DNA of 64,000 nucleotides from an uncultured Spirochaetota bacterium. Lineage in GTDB: Bacteria > Spirochaetota > UBA4802 > UBA5550. The stretch's first letter is position 1. Each line of letters opens with the position of its first letter. Positions 33,725-46,143 of this stretch are shown here, piece after piece. A program made the translations under genes and the position numbers. The stretch is from NCBI GenBank assembly GCA_963827275.1, contig CAWHAA010000001.1, positions 160,001 through 224,000 of the forward strand, read 5' to 3'. Under the pieces are notes generated by a model that saw only the letters and a program-made list of their open reading frames with translations, did not search any database and had not been told where the DNA came from.

Positions 33725-35419
33725 ATGAAGGCCATTTTTCTGACAGATATCCACGGATCGTTCAACCAGACGGCGTCCCTGCTCTATGAAACAGTCGCCG
33801 ATGTATATATCATCGGCGGCGACCTGATCGACATCCCCTTTTACAGCATCAATACCGCGATCCAGTACCATGACATCCAGACCTTTCTGCACAGCCTCAG
33901 GAAAAAAATGAAACGGGACGGCGTGATACTCGAAGACTTCGTCGACGAGCTCCTGGATTCCCCCGATGCGCCCGAAGACATCATAGACAAGGGAAGCGAT
34001 TACCAGCAGCTCACCATCCGGGCGCGCCGGGTGATGCAGCAGAAGTACAAGGTGCTGGAAAACATGATCTCCTTCAAAACGTCCGCATCGGTCTTCGCGC
34101 TCCCCGGCAACTACGACATGGACCTGAAATACACCGCCCTGCACGAGCGGGACCTGCACCTCCAGTGGCACAACATCAACGGCCTCAAGCTCGCGGGGTA
34201 CGGCGGCGCGGACGTCTGGACCGCGGGCATCCCCGAGCGGTACATCGTGAGATACCGCGCCGGCATCGGCGTGAACGACCACAACAACGAGATGTGGACG
34301 TTCTTCAAGGCGGTGAAGCCGGACATCATCGTATCGCACCAGCCGCCCCACGGGATACATGACCGGATCTGGCACATCGGCCCGTCGGGGTCGCCGGCGC
34401 TCCGCGCCTTCTGTGAAAACAATCCCGTGAAGCTCTGCCTGAGCGGCCACGTGCACAACGACTGGGGGTTCAAGGCGGTCGAAGGCTGTATCTATTTGAA
34501 CCCGTCCAATTTCGGGGAGGTCACCACGATACAGGGGGAGGTGTCGGAAGGCGGTTTCTTCTTCCAGATCGAATTCGACAATGCCGTGCCGGAGAAAATC
34601 ACCCTGAAAAAACTCGTGAACGACCAGCATATCCATGACATCGCGGAATACCACAAGAAAGACGGCAGGTGGGTCGAGGACATCATAGACCAGGAGCGGC
34701 TCCAGGCGCGCCGCCTGGGCGAAAACTACGACCAGAAGATCCAGAAATACTCGCACATCCCGGAGATAGAGCTCTTCAAGGACATAAAGAATTTTTTCCG
34801 CATGTTCCGCACGCAGGAGACGGAGGAACGGCTCGATGAGCTTGACCACGCGGTGGCGCTTTTGAAGGACAGGTTCGACGACATCGCCATGGACATCGTG
34901 GGCTCGGTGAACATGGGGATTTCGCAGAAGAGCTCGGATATCGACGTGGTGCTCTACGTGCGGTGCGGGCGCGACTGCAAGGACATGTACGCGCAGTGCG
35001 ACTACTACAAGAGCGCCCTCGCCCTCCTCGAAACGATCATCGGCGACAAGTACAAGTTCGAGATCATCGACTGCATCGACCTGAACGTCGTGGAGCGGAG
35101 CATCATCACGAAAAACTACGAATGCGAGGTGACCCAGCGCTTCGTGGCATACCGCTCCATATGCCGCCCGGTGAACTACAAGGCGATCGCTCCCATCGAG
35201 GACATTTTGAACGAGGACATCGAGTTCCGGCGGGAGATGGAGGGGAGCATCCGTTCATACTTCCGGATATTCGCGAACACCTCGATGCACATGCGCTCGT
35301 TCGACAAGTACGAGTCGCGGCTTAAATCGATCGGCATCAAGCTGCCCGAGTCGATCCGCGACAAGATACGCGAATACCTGCAGGTAACGCAGAGCGACGA
35401 CGACCGCCTGAACTGGTAA
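33725..35419 (+). CDS. Calcineurin-like metallophosphoesterase fused to a C-terminal Pol-beta-superfamily nucleotidyltransferase-like domain
   Basis: DIHG, GGDLID, PGNYD, SHQPP and SGHVH motifs, then IVGSVNMG....SDIDVVL and a later IIDCID. Confidence 0.75.
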   Translation: MKAIFLTDIHGSFNQTASLLYETVADVYIIGGDLIDIPFYSINTAIQYHDIQTFLHSLRKKMKRDGVILEDFVDELLDSPDAPEDIIDKGSDYQQLTIRARRVMQQKYKVLENMISFKTSASVFALPGNYDMDLKYTALHERDLHLQWHNINGLKLAGYGGADVWTAGIPERYIVRYRAGIGVNDHNNEMWTFFKAVKPDIIVSHQPPHGIHDRIWHIGPSGSPALRAFCENNPVKLCLSGHVHNDWGFKAVEGCIYLNPSNFGEVTTIQGEVSEGGFFFQIEFDNAVPEKITLKKLVNDQHIHDIAEYHKKDGRWVEDIIDQERLQARRLGENYDQKIQKYSHIPEIELFKDIKNFFRMFRTQETEERLDELDHAVALLKDRFDDIAMDIVGSVNMGISQKSSDIDVVLYVRCGRDCKDMYAQCDYYKSALALLETIIGDKYKFEIIDCIDLNVVERSIITKNYECEVTQRFVAYRSICRPVNYKAIAPIEDILNEDIEFRREMEGSIRSYFRIFANTSMHMRSFDKYESRLKSIGIKLPESIRDKIREYLQVTQSDDDRLNW

Positions 35420-35667
35420 CCGGAACGTCGCATCAATAATTCTCCATTATGCGCGGCGGGTTCATCAGCGAGGCCGCTCACGGACATCCTGTCCTTCGCG
35501 GCACTCCTGCCATCCTGGCAGTCGCAGCGACAAATCGGAATCCTCTCCCGCCGAGTCAATCCCGATTCATTAAAAAGATAAATGAAATCGGGATTATACG
35601 AGGCGGACGAGCGATGAACCCCCGTGCGTGCCGGAATGAAATAATAAAAAACCCGTTTGGAGATACG

Positions 35668-36918
35668 CTAGATGCGTGAAAAGTCGAGGGTGGCGAAATA
35701 GTCGTCGAGCGTCTCCGCCCGCCGGATCATCACCACCGAGCCGTCGGGCCGGAGCAGCAGCTCGGCCGAACGGAGCTTCCCGTTGTAGTTGAAGCCCATG
35801 GCGTGCCCGTGCGCCCCCGCGTCGTGGATCACCAGGAGGTCGCCGATCTCGATCTCCGGCAGGTGCCGGTCGATGGCGAACTTGTCGTTGTTCTCGCACA
35901 GGGAGCCGGTCACGTCGTAGGTGTGGTCGCTCGGCCGGTCCTCCTTCCCGAGCACGGTGATATGATGGTAGGCGCCGTACAGGGCGGGGCGCATGAGGTT
36001 CGCCATGCAGGCATCCAGGCCGATATAGTTCTTGTAGATGTTCTTCCGGTGGATGGCCCGGGCGACCAGGTACCCGTAGGGGCCGGTGATCATCCTGCCG
36101 CTCTCCATCACGATGTTGAGCGGGTGCATCCCCGCGGCCCGTATCGTGCCGTCGTACCGCTCCCTGATTTTTCCTGAAACGTATTCGAGGTCGATCGCCA
36201 TGTCCTCCGGCCGGTAGGGAATGCCGAACCCTCCGCCAAGGTTCACAAACTCAAAGCGGATCCCGAGCTCACGGTAGAGTTCGACCACAAGGTTGAACAG
36301 CATGTCCGCGGTATCCACGAAATAATCAGGGTCAAGCTCGTTTGAGGCGACCATGGTGTGGAGGCCGAACCGCCGCACCCCCCTGTCGCGCACGGCGCGA
36401 TACCCCTCGAAAAGCTGCGGCCTCGTGAAGCCGTACTTCGCGTCCTCCGGGTGGCCGATGATATGGTTGCCCCCCCGCAGGGGGCCGGGGTTGTAGCGAA
36501 AGGAGATGACGTCGGGAAGGCCGGCGCAGCGCTCGAGGAACGGGATATGGCTGATATCATCGAGGTTGATGATCGCGCCCAGCGCGCGCGCCTTCACATA
36601 CTCGGCAGCGGGCGTGTCGTTGGAGCTGAAAAATATGCTCTCGCCGACGATCCCCACGCGCTCCGCAAGGGCCAGCTCCGCCATTGAACTGCAGTCCGAT
36701 CCGAAGCCTTCCTCTTTCAGGATTTTCATTATATACGGGTTCGGGCAGGCCTTGACGGCGAAATACTCCCTGAAGCCCGGCGCCCACGAGAAGGCCTTCA
36801 CAAGCCGCCGCGCGTTTTGCCTGATACCCGCCTCATCATAGAGATGAAATGGCGTCGGATAGGTTCCGGCGATATGTTCAATCTGTTCCCTCGAAAAAGG
36901 GAGTCTTTTTCCGTCCAT
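35668..36918 (-). CDS. lysA: Diaminopimelate decarboxylase
   Basis: YFAVKACPN, NLGGG, ESGR, GSLCEN.D and AMGFNYN motifs. Confidence 0.93.
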   Translation of the reverse strand: MDGKRLPFSREQIEHIAGTYPTPFHLYDEAGIRQNARRLVKAFSWAPGFREYFAVKACPNPYIMKILKEEGFGSDCSSMAELALAERVGIVGESIFFSSNDTPAAEYVKARALGAIINLDDISHIPFLERCAGLPDVISFRYNPGPLRGGNHIIGHPEDAKYGFTRPQLFEGYRAVRDRGVRRFGLHTMVASNELDPDYFVDTADMLFNLVVELYRELGIRFEFVNLGGGFGIPYRPEDMAIDLEYVSGKIRERYDGTIRAAGMHPLNIVMESGRMITGPYGYLVARAIHRKNIYKNYIGLDACMANLMRPALYGAYHHITVLGKEDRPSDHTYDVTGSLCENNDKFAIDRHLPEIEIGDLLVIHDAGAHGHAMGFNYNGKLRSAELLLRPDGSVVMIRRAETLDDYFATLDFSRI

Positions 36919-37140
36919 GGATCAATCCACCTGAATTATTCTGGTTTACCCGGAGAATATACTAGCTACTTCCACGACCGGCGTGTCAAGAATTTATTCC
37001 CGTGCCGGCGCCGGGCCGGTTGCCACGAGTTTTTTTCAGCACTGATAAATTTTTAATGACAAATTTATTACCATCGGGTACTATTTTTATACAGCCTGTT
37101 TTCACCACAATCTTTAAAAAAATCCGACGTAAAGGGTATT

Positions 37141-38712
37141 ATGACGGACAAACAATCAAACACACTCGCCAAAAAGCAGCCTAAGGCCGAAAGCCAGAAT
37201 AAATCTGATGTATTTACCGATATTATAATAGAAAATAATAAGCGCCTGCTCATTGCTTTTATAATAATTGCAGTTATCGCAAACGTGGCGGTCACCGCCA
37301 TCAAGGCGGCGGGTATCGGCTCCCAATACCTGGAATACGAGCATATCTTAATCGAGGCGGCCATCGTATTGATAACGCTTTCCGCCTCCTACTTCGTATC
37401 AAACAGGTTCAGGGGCAGGATCGCTTCAGGCTATATCCTGATAACAGGCGTGATTATCTGCATCTCCGTGTTTGAATACGCTTTTCACGGCTCAAAACAG
37501 CTCTTCGCGACACGGTATATACCGCTCGCGCTCAGCATCTTTTACTTCAATCCCCCGGTCACCATCTACACGCTGGTACTGGTCATTATTTCCCAGGCCG
37601 TGGTATTGATCATCAATCCCGAGTTGCGCCTGCCGCCCCCCTATTCGGACACCGCGGTGCGGTTCATCCTGTACGGATCATCCGGTATCGGCGCGTATTT
37701 CGGGGCCAGCGCGACAAAGCGCCTTCTCAATTTCGCGATCAGCCAGCACGGTGAAGCGGAAGGGAGCCTGGGCAACCTCCGCAGCATGGCCATGGCGGTC
37801 ATACAATCCATGAATATCATGAAAAAAGAGACCTCCGAGCACGAGCTCATAACGAAGGAGATGAACGAAATATCCCAGCACCAGGCCGCGTCGCTGGAAG
37901 AGATCACCACCGCGCTCGAGCAGCTCGCCTCCAACTCCAACTCCATCAGCGACATAGCCCGGTCGCTCTACGAGGAGCTCGACATCACCGTCGAATCGGT
38001 GAACGACCTCAAGGCGGTCAACGACAAGGTGCAGGAGAGCTCGACGGAGATGAACCGCGCCCTGCATGAAGTGACCACGCACTCGGGGAGCACGGCGGAC
38101 CAGATCCGCCTCACCGAGGAGAAGTTCAACACCGTCAAAGAAAAATCGAGAGATATGGCGAACTTCGTGCAGATCATCAACGATATCGCCGACAAGGTCA
38201 ACCTCCTCTCCCTCAACGCCGCGATCGAAGCGGCGCGCGCCGGGGAATACGGCAGGGGCTTCGCGGTCGTCGCGGACGAGATATCGAAGCTGGCGGAGGC
38301 GACGACGCTGAACTCCAAGGAGATCGAGAACATCATCAAGGAAAACCTGAAGCTCATCGACGAAAGCGGCAGCCTTATCAACCTGTCGGTCGGGACGATG
38401 AACAAGCTGAACGAGGCGATCCTTTCGATCAAGGTGGAGGTAACAGAGGTAGGCAACCTGATCAACGATATCGGGGTCACCATCAAGACGATAAAGAACC
38501 TGAACGTCAAGATCCACGAATCGAGCAAGACCATCGAAAATTCGACGTCCGAGCAGAAGATCGCGACCGACGAATCGACCAGGACGGCGTTCGATATAGC
38601 GCAGAAATCACAGGAGATCGTCAACATCGCGATCAACCTTTCCCGCTCCTCCAGCACCATAAAAGAAATCACCGCGGAGCTTGACAGGGTCACGAAGGAG
38701 ATGGTGAAGTAG
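37141..38712 (+). CDS. Methyl-accepting chemotaxis protein with a membrane-embedded sensor
   Basis: About six TM helices; signalling tip [28 protein letters not shown]. Confidence 0.95.
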   Translation: MTDKQSNTLAKKQPKAESQNKSDVFTDIIIENNKRLLIAFIIIAVIANVAVTAIKAAGIGSQYLEYEHILIEAAIVLITLSASYFVSNRFRGRIASGYILITGVIICISVFEYAFHGSKQLFATRYIPLALSIFYFNPPVTIYTLVLVIISQAVVLIINPELRLPPPYSDTAVRFILYGSSGIGAYFGASATKRLLNFAISQHGEAEGSLGNLRSMAMAVIQSMNIMKKETSEHELITKEMNEISQHQAASLEEITTALEQLASNSNSISDIARSLYEELDITVESVNDLKAVNDKVQESSTEMNRALHEVTTHSGSTADQIRLTEEKFNTVKEKSRDMANFVQIINDIADKVNLLSLNAAIEAARAGEYGRGFAVVADEISKLAEATTLNSKEIENIIKENLKLIDESGSLINLSVGTMNKLNEAILSIKVEVTEVGNLINDIGVTIKTIKNLNVKIHESSKTIENSTSEQKIATDESTRTAFDIAQKSQEIVNIAINLSRSSSTIKEITAELDRVTKEMVK

Positions 38713-38749
38713 CCGGGGTCACGTTGCCCCGGCCTGCCACGCCCGGCCC

Positions 38750-41161
38750 TTACCTGAAGCGCTTCAGCAGCAGCGAGTTTGCCACCACCGACACCGAGCT
38801 CATCGCCATCGCCGCGCCGGCTATGACCGGCGAGAGCACCCCCGACGCGGCAAAGGGAATGCCGATGCAGTTATACACGAAGGCCCAGAAGAAGTTCTGC
38901 CGTATCGTGCGTATGGTTCTTTTCGAAAGCCTGATGGCGGCCGCGACGCCCGCGGGATCGCCGCTCATCACGGTGACGTCGGCCGACTCCATGGCGATGT
39001 CGGTGCCGGTCCCCATCGCGATGCCCGTATCGGCCGCCGCAAGGGCCGGCGCGTCGTTTATGCCGTCTCCCACCATGGCCACCACCGCGCCGCCGCTCCG
39101 GAGCCGGCGAACGAAATCAGCCTTGCCGCCGGGGAGCACGCCGGCCATGACCTTTCCGGGGTCGATGCCGGCGCGGGCGGCCATGAACTCCGCCGTCCGG
39201 CGGTTGTCACCGGTCACCAGGTACACGTCAATCCCCATGCCGGCCAGGTCCGCCACGGCGCGCGCCGATGTCTCCCGGATTGAATCCGCCACGGCAATCA
39301 CGCCGGAGACCGAACCGGCCGCCGCGACGATGACCGCGGTCTTTCCCTGCCCCTCCAGCGCGTCGAGCGCCCCGGCGCAGGATGAAATGTCAACGCCCTT
39401 TTCCTTCATGAAGGCGGGCGTGCCGGCCAGCAGCTCGACACCGCCGGAGAGGGCGCTGACGCCCTTGCCCGGCTCCGATGAAAAGGCGCCGGGGTCATCC
39501 ACGGCGCCGGCCGCCATCGCGCGCTCGACGATGGCCCGCGCCACCGGGTGCTCCGATTTTTTCTCCGCGATGCCCGCAAGGCGGACCAGGTCGTTTTCAC
39601 TTCCGCCCCCGGCGGGAACGATATCAGTGACCGAAAGCTCACCGGTGGTAAGGGTCCCCGTCTTGTCCAGCACCACGGCCGACGTCCGGTAGGCGGCTTC
39701 CAGCGCCTGGCCGCTCTTGAACAGGATCCCCATCTCCGCGCCGCGGCCGGTGCCGACCATTACCGCCGTCGGCGTCGCGAGCCCCATGGCGCAGGGGCAG
39801 GCGATCACCAGCACCGCCACTGCGCTCACGATCGCCATGGACAGGTCCCCGGTGGCGAAGAGCCACGCGCCGAAGGTCAGAGCCGCGATCCCCAGCACCA
39901 CGGGCACGAACACCGCCGCGACGCGGTCGGCAAACCGCTGGATGGGGGGCTTTCCCGCCTGTGCCTCCTCGACGGTGCGGATGATCTGCGCCAGGACCGT
40001 GTCGCGCCCCACCCGCTCCGCGCGGAAGGTTATCGTGCCGAAGCGGTTGATGGTGGCGCCCGTGACCGGGTCTCCCGGCCCCTTGTCCGCCGGAACACTC
40101 TCGCCGGTTATCATGCTTTCGTCAACCGATGAAGCGCCGCTGAGCACGCGGCCGTCAACGGGGACCTTCTCGCCCGGCCGCACCACCACCGTGTCGCCCG
40201 GCGCCACGTCCGCGGCGGGGACGGAAAGCTCCCTCCCCTCCCGCACAATCGTCGCGGTAGCGGGCCGCAGCTCCATCAGCTTTTTAATGGCCTCCGAGGT
40301 CCGCCCCTTGGCGCGGGCCTCGAAGAACTTGCCCAGGAGCACCAGGGTGATGACCACGGCCGAGGCCTCGAAATAGAGGCCGCCCGCCCCGCCCGGCGCC
40401 GCCGGGAGAAAAAATGCGTTGTACACGCTGTACCCGTATGCCGCGCTGGTGCCCAGCGCGACCAGGAGATCCATTCCCGGGCTGCCGCCCCGCACGCCCA
40501 GGTAGGCGTTCCGGTAAAATCGCCAGCCGATGATGAACTGCACCGGCGTGGCCAGGGCGAACTGCAGCAGGGGATCATGGAGCATCGGGAAATGGATATC
40601 GAGCAGCATGAACGCCATCGACAGGAGGAGGGGCGCGCTCAGGACGGCCGAGACCGACACCAGTGCGCCGAGCCTGCGGATTTCGCGCCGCTTCAGCTCC
40701 GCTCCCCGGTCCGGCCGCGCTTCCTCCACCTTCTCTGCGTCATATCCCGCGCCGCGTATCGCGCCGATGATCTCATAGGACTTGATCTTCAGCGGGTCAT
40801 ACCGCACGCGTCCCCGCTCGGTGCCGAGGTTCACCGAGGCATCGATGATCCCGTCCCTTTTTTTCAACGCCGTTTCGATGCGCGCCGCGCAGGCCGCGCA
40901 GGACATGCCGCTTATGAGAAGGTCGAGCGTGGCGTCCGTCTCCTGCTCCTCTATCACGGCGCCGTAACCCGCTTTCTCGACCGCCGCCACGATGTCTTCG
41001 GGGCCAAGCACCGCGTCATCGTACCGCACCCGTGCGGTTTCCAGCGCCAGGTTCACGCTCGCCTCTGCCACGCCCTCGATTTTTGAAAGGGACTTTTCTA
41101 TCCGCGCCGAGCAGGCGGCACAGGACATTCCGGATATGCGGAGATTCTTTATTGTTTCCAT
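38750..41161 (-). CDS. copA: Cu(I)-translocating P1B-type ATPase
   Basis: Two GMSCAAC HMA domains; TGES, CPC, DKTGT, SEHP, GDGIND and YN..MA.SS motifs. Confidence 0.95.
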   Translation of the reverse strand: METIKNLRISGMSCAACSARIEKSLSKIEGVAEASVNLALETARVRYDDAVLGPEDIVAAVEKAGYGAVIEEQETDATLDLLISGMSCAACAARIETALKKRDGIIDASVNLGTERGRVRYDPLKIKSYEIIGAIRGAGYDAEKVEEARPDRGAELKRREIRRLGALVSVSAVLSAPLLLSMAFMLLDIHFPMLHDPLLQFALATPVQFIIGWRFYRNAYLGVRGGSPGMDLLVALGTSAAYGYSVYNAFFLPAAPGGAGGLYFEASAVVITLVLLGKFFEARAKGRTSEAIKKLMELRPATATIVREGRELSVPAADVAPGDTVVVRPGEKVPVDGRVLSGASSVDESMITGESVPADKGPGDPVTGATINRFGTITFRAERVGRDTVLAQIIRTVEEAQAGKPPIQRFADRVAAVFVPVVLGIAALTFGAWLFATGDLSMAIVSAVAVLVIACPCAMGLATPTAVMVGTGRGAEMGILFKSGQALEAAYRTSAVVLDKTGTLTTGELSVTDIVPAGGGSENDLVRLAGIAEKKSEHPVARAIVERAMAAGAVDDPGAFSSEPGKGVSALSGGVELLAGTPAFMKEKGVDISSCAGALDALEGQGKTAVIVAAAGSVSGVIAVADSIRETSARAVADLAGMGIDVYLVTGDNRRTAEFMAARAGIDPGKVMAGVLPGGKADFVRRLRSGGAVVAMVGDGINDAPALAAADTGIAMGTGTDIAMESADVTVMSGDPAGVAAAIRLSKRTIRTIRQNFFWAFVYNCIGIPFAASGVLSPVIAGAAMAMSSVSVVANSLLLKRFR

Positions 41162-41331
41162 GACGGCACCTTGTTCAGTTAGGATCGGTCCGTATCATAT
41201 TGTTACGCAAGTGGATGGATTGCAACCAACTTACCGGCCGGCCGGATAAAAAGAAGATTGAATTTTTACGCGCTTCATACTACGATGTGCAACACACCAC
41301 TCAACGAAATCCTGGGGGAGGGATATCATCC

Positions 41332-42204
41332 ATGAAGACCATTATCCGGACAATGCTCATCCTGACGGCCATTGCTGCCGGCGCCACCAGCGCTACAGCG
41401 AAAGAGAGCAAGGAAAAGCTGTATTACATTATGAATTACACCGTTTCCAGCAGCAACGCGGAGATAGAGCTGAACGGCGTACAGATCACCAGGTCCGAGA
41501 AGGAGACCGGGTATTCGGTATCGGGCTCCGCCGATGTCGGCGTATGGATCCATCCCGGGGTCAACACGATCACGGTGACGATCAGGCCGGTTGAAAAAAA
41601 GACGGAATCGGCGTTCAAACCGTCGGTCGAGATCGCCATGTCCACGGCACGGGAAGGCCAGATGAGCGACGAAGGGAAAAAATTCATGACGCTCAGCCTG
41701 CCGGAAAAGGAGGCCGACGGATCGGCCGCCACCGCCGCATCACCGCTGGTGAGAAAAAAGACCTTTACCCCTTCGTACCTTCCCCCGTCCGAGCTCTGGG
41801 ATAAAATCAGGCCCGTCACGCTGGACGAAAACGCGCGCAAGCAGATCATACAGCTCGTGAAGGAGTACCACGCGGCGTTCGCCAGGAAGGACGCAGGGGC
41901 CCTGTATTCCTTCCTGCTCTTCGCGTCCTCCGACATGGCGCGCATCAGGCACCAGCCCGCGGACGAAGTCAAAAACACCATGAAAGACGCGCTCAGGGAG
42001 ATGGTTGCCGAGAAGGGTTTTGCCATGGAGCCGCTGAACGCAGGGTCGCTGGTGCTGAAGCCGGTGGTGGACAGCTCTATCATCTGGGTATGCGACAGGT
42101 CAGGCGAGCACCCGGTGCGCACGAAGAAAAGCCCTGACGGCGGTGTCATGAGCTTCCCGGTGTACGTGTCGCTGATTGACGGGAAATGGATTATCGTGCG
42201 GTAG
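41332..42204 (+). CDS. Exported hypothetical protein
   Basis: GGAGG RBS, signal peptide ending in ATA, host-like codon usage. Confidence 0.7.
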   Translation: MKTIIRTMLILTAIAAGATSATAKESKEKLYYIMNYTVSSSNAEIELNGVQITRSEKETGYSVSGSADVGVWIHPGVNTITVTIRPVEKKTESAFKPSVEIAMSTAREGQMSDEGKKFMTLSLPEKEADGSAATAASPLVRKKTFTPSYLPPSELWDKIRPVTLDENARKQIIQLVKEYHAAFARKDAGALYSFLLFASSDMARIRHQPADEVKNTMKDALREMVAEKGFAMEPLNAGSLVLKPVVDSSIIWVCDRSGEHPVRTKKSPDGGVMSFPVYVSLIDGKWIIVR

Positions 42205-42320
42205 CACGGTGATGTATAAGGGAGGGGTGGCCACATTTGATAAGAAACAGGTACGGATAAACCGCATTGTGTCCCCGGGGCCTGTACTGGATGGGGCGTA
42301 ATTTACCAGATATTAATTGC

Positions 42321-44148
42321 TCATTTTTTCCTTATGACAATCACGGTAATATCATCGCGCAGGTTGTCCTTTTTCCGGGTGAAATTATAAAACTGTTCCA
42401 TAATATAATCGAGTATTTCCCGGGCGGAGCCTTCGGGCGCGTCTTTCAAGAAATTCAATATCCGCGAATCCTCAACCGGTTTTCCGGAGGAATCAAGCGT
42501 TTCGATAAGGCTGTCGGTGTATATCAACAGACAGTCCTCATTATTTAGTTTGAATTTGAGAGAGTTGAAATTCCCTTCCAGAATTTCAAGTCCCAGGAAA
42601 GGACCGATGATGTCTTCTCCGTCGGGAGGAGTCACCCTTCCGACAGTCCTGGATCGGGCTGTTTTGTACATCATGTGAGGGTGACCGCTGTTCACGTATT
42701 CGACCATTGATTCCCTGAATCGCAAAAGAATTCCCGTGATATACGAACTGGTATGGCTGATCTCCTCGATCAGCGATTTGTTTATCATCCCCATCAATGC
42801 GCCCAGTTTCTCATCAGTATGGGTTTTAAAGTTTTTTTCTATAATGGAGCGGGCAAGCAGCGTCAGCAGTCCGGATGAAATACCGTGGCCCGACACGTCG
42901 AAGATGCCCACACCCTGGAGCTTGCCGTCTTCCATGTAGAAGTCGTAAAAGTCGCCCGAGACCCCGGACATGGGCCGGTACACCAGTGCGATGTCGAATT
43001 CATCGGATTGTGGAGGTTTCTGGGGGAGGAAAGCAGCCTGGACATTTGCCGCCATTTTAATGTCGGTTTTGTAGCGCCAATTGGACTCTTCAATCTCCCT
43101 GTTTACCAGCGTCAGGCTGTCATTCGTCGCTTCAAGCTCTGCCATCGCGGCCTGCAGTTCTACCGTGCGCTCCTCCACCTTTTTCTCCAGGTTTATCCGG
43201 TAATCGGTAATTGTGTCTGAAGCGGCGTTGATGCCTGAGGCCAACTCAACGATTTCACGGTCAATCGTGGAGGCGTAGATTATCGCTTCTCCCCTCTCCT
43301 TAAGGTTTTCCACGACCCTGCCGGTATCATCTAATGCGCGGTAAAAGGTCCGAACGGTAATAAATGACATGAGAGCAATGATAGATAGATAAACAAGCAG
43401 ATACAATATGACACGCCTCATGTCCGCATGACCCAAATATGAAAAGGCATTGGAAACAAACATGGCCTGGATAATTATAGCCACGATAATATACATCTTG
43501 TATTTAATGGATGATCTTGCTTTGATTTCATGAGCAATATTCAGTTCACGCAGCTTCATTTTGCATGCTCTTCGCATTCTGCCGGTAACTGTCTCTGCAA
43601 GTACGAATCCGATTCCGGCAAAATTTATTACCTGCCAAAAATATGAAAAAAGCATCCACAGGTGCCCGGAAACCTGATAATTCTTATAAAATCCGTAAGC
43701 GAATAAAATGCACTGGATAACGGTTGTTTACTATCAGAGCGACGTAAAAAAAGACTATGGGCAGGCGGTTGATGGCTTCAAGGATGGATAGATATGTTTC
43801 ACCCGTGAGGCCGTCCTGTATTTTTAGATCGCCATCGACATAAATATATTTATTCACGACTCGGAAACTGGGCAGTAACGCGGGTATACCCAGCCTGTGA
43901 AATGCTCCATGTAATACGCCTGCCATAATAAAAGGAAAAATGAAACATAGACCCATCACGAATATGAATTCATCGGTAAAATCAGGAAAATAACGGGAAA
44001 GTTCGGAAGCCACATAGATGATGTTGAGAATAGTAAATAATCCAGACCATAGAATTGACGAAAACGCCACGGCAATACCGTAGCTCATTTTCCTCGTTAA
44101 AAAATTAAAAACGATTTTGTAGATTTTTTTTATCATTACGCTCTGCAT
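42321..44148 (-). CDS. Membrane-bound SpoIIE/PP2C-family phosphatase (split by a frameshift at ~43680)
   Basis: [24 protein letters not shown] and DDITV motifs. The N-terminal TM region lies in ORF 43684..44148. Confidence 0.85.
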
Positions 44149-44154
44149 TATATA

Positions 44155-46011
44155 TCATGCCAATCTGAAGAACTCGATTTCCTCTTTGAGCTTTTTCGCG
44201 TTTTCAGCGATGCTCTCCGACGACGCGGAGAGCTCCTCGCTGGCGGCGGCGGTGCTCTGGGAGGCTTCATTGATCAGACTAATTGATTTTACGATTTCTG
44301 TTACCGCGTTTTTCTGCTCTTCCATGGATTTCATGATGTCATCGGCCCTTTTTAAAAAGTGCTCCGCGTCTTCCTTGATGACGCTGTTTATCTCCCGGTC
44401 CTGTCGCGTCAGCTCGCCGATCCTGTCCACCACGGAACCGAAAGAATTCAGTCCTTCAAATATCTTTTCTATTTTCAAGATTGCCTCATTCTGCGCCTGG
44501 AAGGACTTATCCATGCTGGCGTTGGTGGTCTTGACGATTTCTGAAATGCTTTTCGTGTTTTCTCCTGCCTGTTCAGCCAGTTTGCCGATTTCATCCGCGA
44601 CGACGGCAAACCCCTTGCCGTACGCTCCCGCGCGCGCCGCCTCTATGCTCGCGTTGAGGCTTAAAAGGTTCGTCCGGTCAGAGATGTCATTGATCAGCCC
44701 GGTGTAGTCGAGCATCCTCCCCGCGTCATCCGCAGCCGCTTTCATCAGATGCATGGTGTCATTTATCTTTTCCTTGACCTCTTCGATGATCACGTCCAGT
44801 TCCGTCTTGACTGTCATCGCCCGCGTCATTTCATTTCCTTCCTCATTGACTATCGCATTCAGCTTTATGATATTGTCGATGAGCATCAGCGTTCTCTTGT
44901 ACTGGTATTCGATGTTGGAATAGATCGATTCCCCCCCCGCCGAAATTTCCGAGAGGGTGGACGTGATCTCCTCAACGGTCGCAGCGGTCGTCTGGCTCTG
45001 GCGGGAAAAATTTTCGGCCGTGACCGACATTTCGCCCGCGGCGGTGGTGAGCTCTCCCGACATGCCGAGTATCAGGGAAATTACCTCCCTGATTTTCATC
45101 AGCAGCCTGTTCATGAAGCCGCTCATTGACCCCAATTCATCGACGGTTATCATGGGGACGAAATCGGTGCCAAGGTTGCCGTGCGCGATGTTATCCAGCG
45201 ATTGTTCTATGCCTGCCAAGGTCCTTTTCAACGATTTTGCGAAAAAGTATGCGGCTGAAATTGATGTTATGATCATGATGAATGACACGAATATTATATG
45301 GATTGCAAGGTATTCAAACTGCATGAGCTTGAGGTTCATAAGTGTCATGAACGTTGCAAAAATAACAAGGGAAGGGAGTAAAACGGATATGATCGAAATG
45401 AGGATCTTGCTGAATATCGTCAGGGGCTTGTAGGATTCTTTCGAAATGATAATTTCTGCCAGTCTGCCGTCCTCGAGATACTGCGAAAGGGATATTTCCG
45501 ACTGAAACATGAAAAAAATTGCGTTGACCGGAATGACCATGAGGGTGCCCGAGATGATAACTATGATTCGCACCATGGTCATCTCAGTGCCCAGACTTAT
45601 CAAAAATGTTGCCAGGCCGACGCCGATCGTATACCGGAAAAAAAGTGATTTTGCCTCATAGCGCGGATAGAGGAGGAGCTTGAGCTTGATATCACGGAGC
45701 GCGGCGTCATTCAGTTCCCCCGGACTGTTTAAAGAGTTAAACGTGCTCCTTAGAAGCAGCCATCGTATAATTGATGCTCCGATGAGCGTGACCAGTGACC
45801 CGGCAACGACACCGGGAATGAAGATATTAAGCACGGGGAAAAAATTTCCGCCGATTATTATAAAATAGGAGAGTAAAACAACCGGCAATATGTATGCAAA
45901 TACTTCCAAGGATAGGGTCAATCTCGCAATCGGGTTTTTGTATTTCTTCAAAATATACCTCTTGGAATTTCTAGGAATTATTCTTAAAAACATTTTAACC
46001 GGCTCCGGCAT
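44155..46011 (-). CDS. Methyl-accepting chemotaxis protein (multi-TM plus HAMP)
   Basis: HAMP motif DELGSM; signalling tip [28 protein letters not shown]. Confidence 0.95.
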   Translation of the reverse strand: MPEPVKMFLRIIPRNSKRYILKKYKNPIARLTLSLEVFAYILPVVLLSYFIIIGGNFFPVLNIFIPGVVAGSLVTLIGASIIRWLLLRSTFNSLNSPGELNDAALRDIKLKLLLYPRYEAKSLFFRYTIGVGLATFLISLGTEMTMVRIIVIISGTLMVIPVNAIFFMFQSEISLSQYLEDGRLAEIIISKESYKPLTIFSKILISIISVLLPSLVIFATFMTLMNLKLMQFEYLAIHIIFVSFIMIITSISAAYFFAKSLKRTLAGIEQSLDNIAHGNLGTDFVPMITVDELGSMSGFMNRLLMKIREVISLILGMSGELTTAAGEMSVTAENFSRQSQTTAATVEEITSTLSEISAGGESIYSNIEYQYKRTLMLIDNIIKLNAIVNEEGNEMTRAMTVKTELDVIIEEVKEKINDTMHLMKAAADDAGRMLDYTGLINDISDRTNLLSLNASIEAARAGAYGKGFAVVADEIGKLAEQAGENTKSISEIVKTTNASMDKSFQAQNEAILKIEKIFEGLNSFGSVVDRIGELTRQDREINSVIKEDAEHFLKRADDIMKSMEEQKNAVTEIVKSISLINEASQSTAAASEELSASSESIAENAKKLKEEIEFFRLA

Positions 46012-46143
46012 TTGATCAAGTTATTTTTTTAATCATTTATTATGCCGGATAAGTGACAAGCGCCTCAAACATGGAATGTTTGAGGTGCTTTCGATCAGGA
46101 ACCCAATATCTTTACGGCCTATTTCCTGGTTTCATCTACCCGA

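Noticed and set aside
36918..37140. Lysine riboswitch before lysA
   Set aside because: No recognisable L-box motifs or terminator in the short divergent intergenic region.
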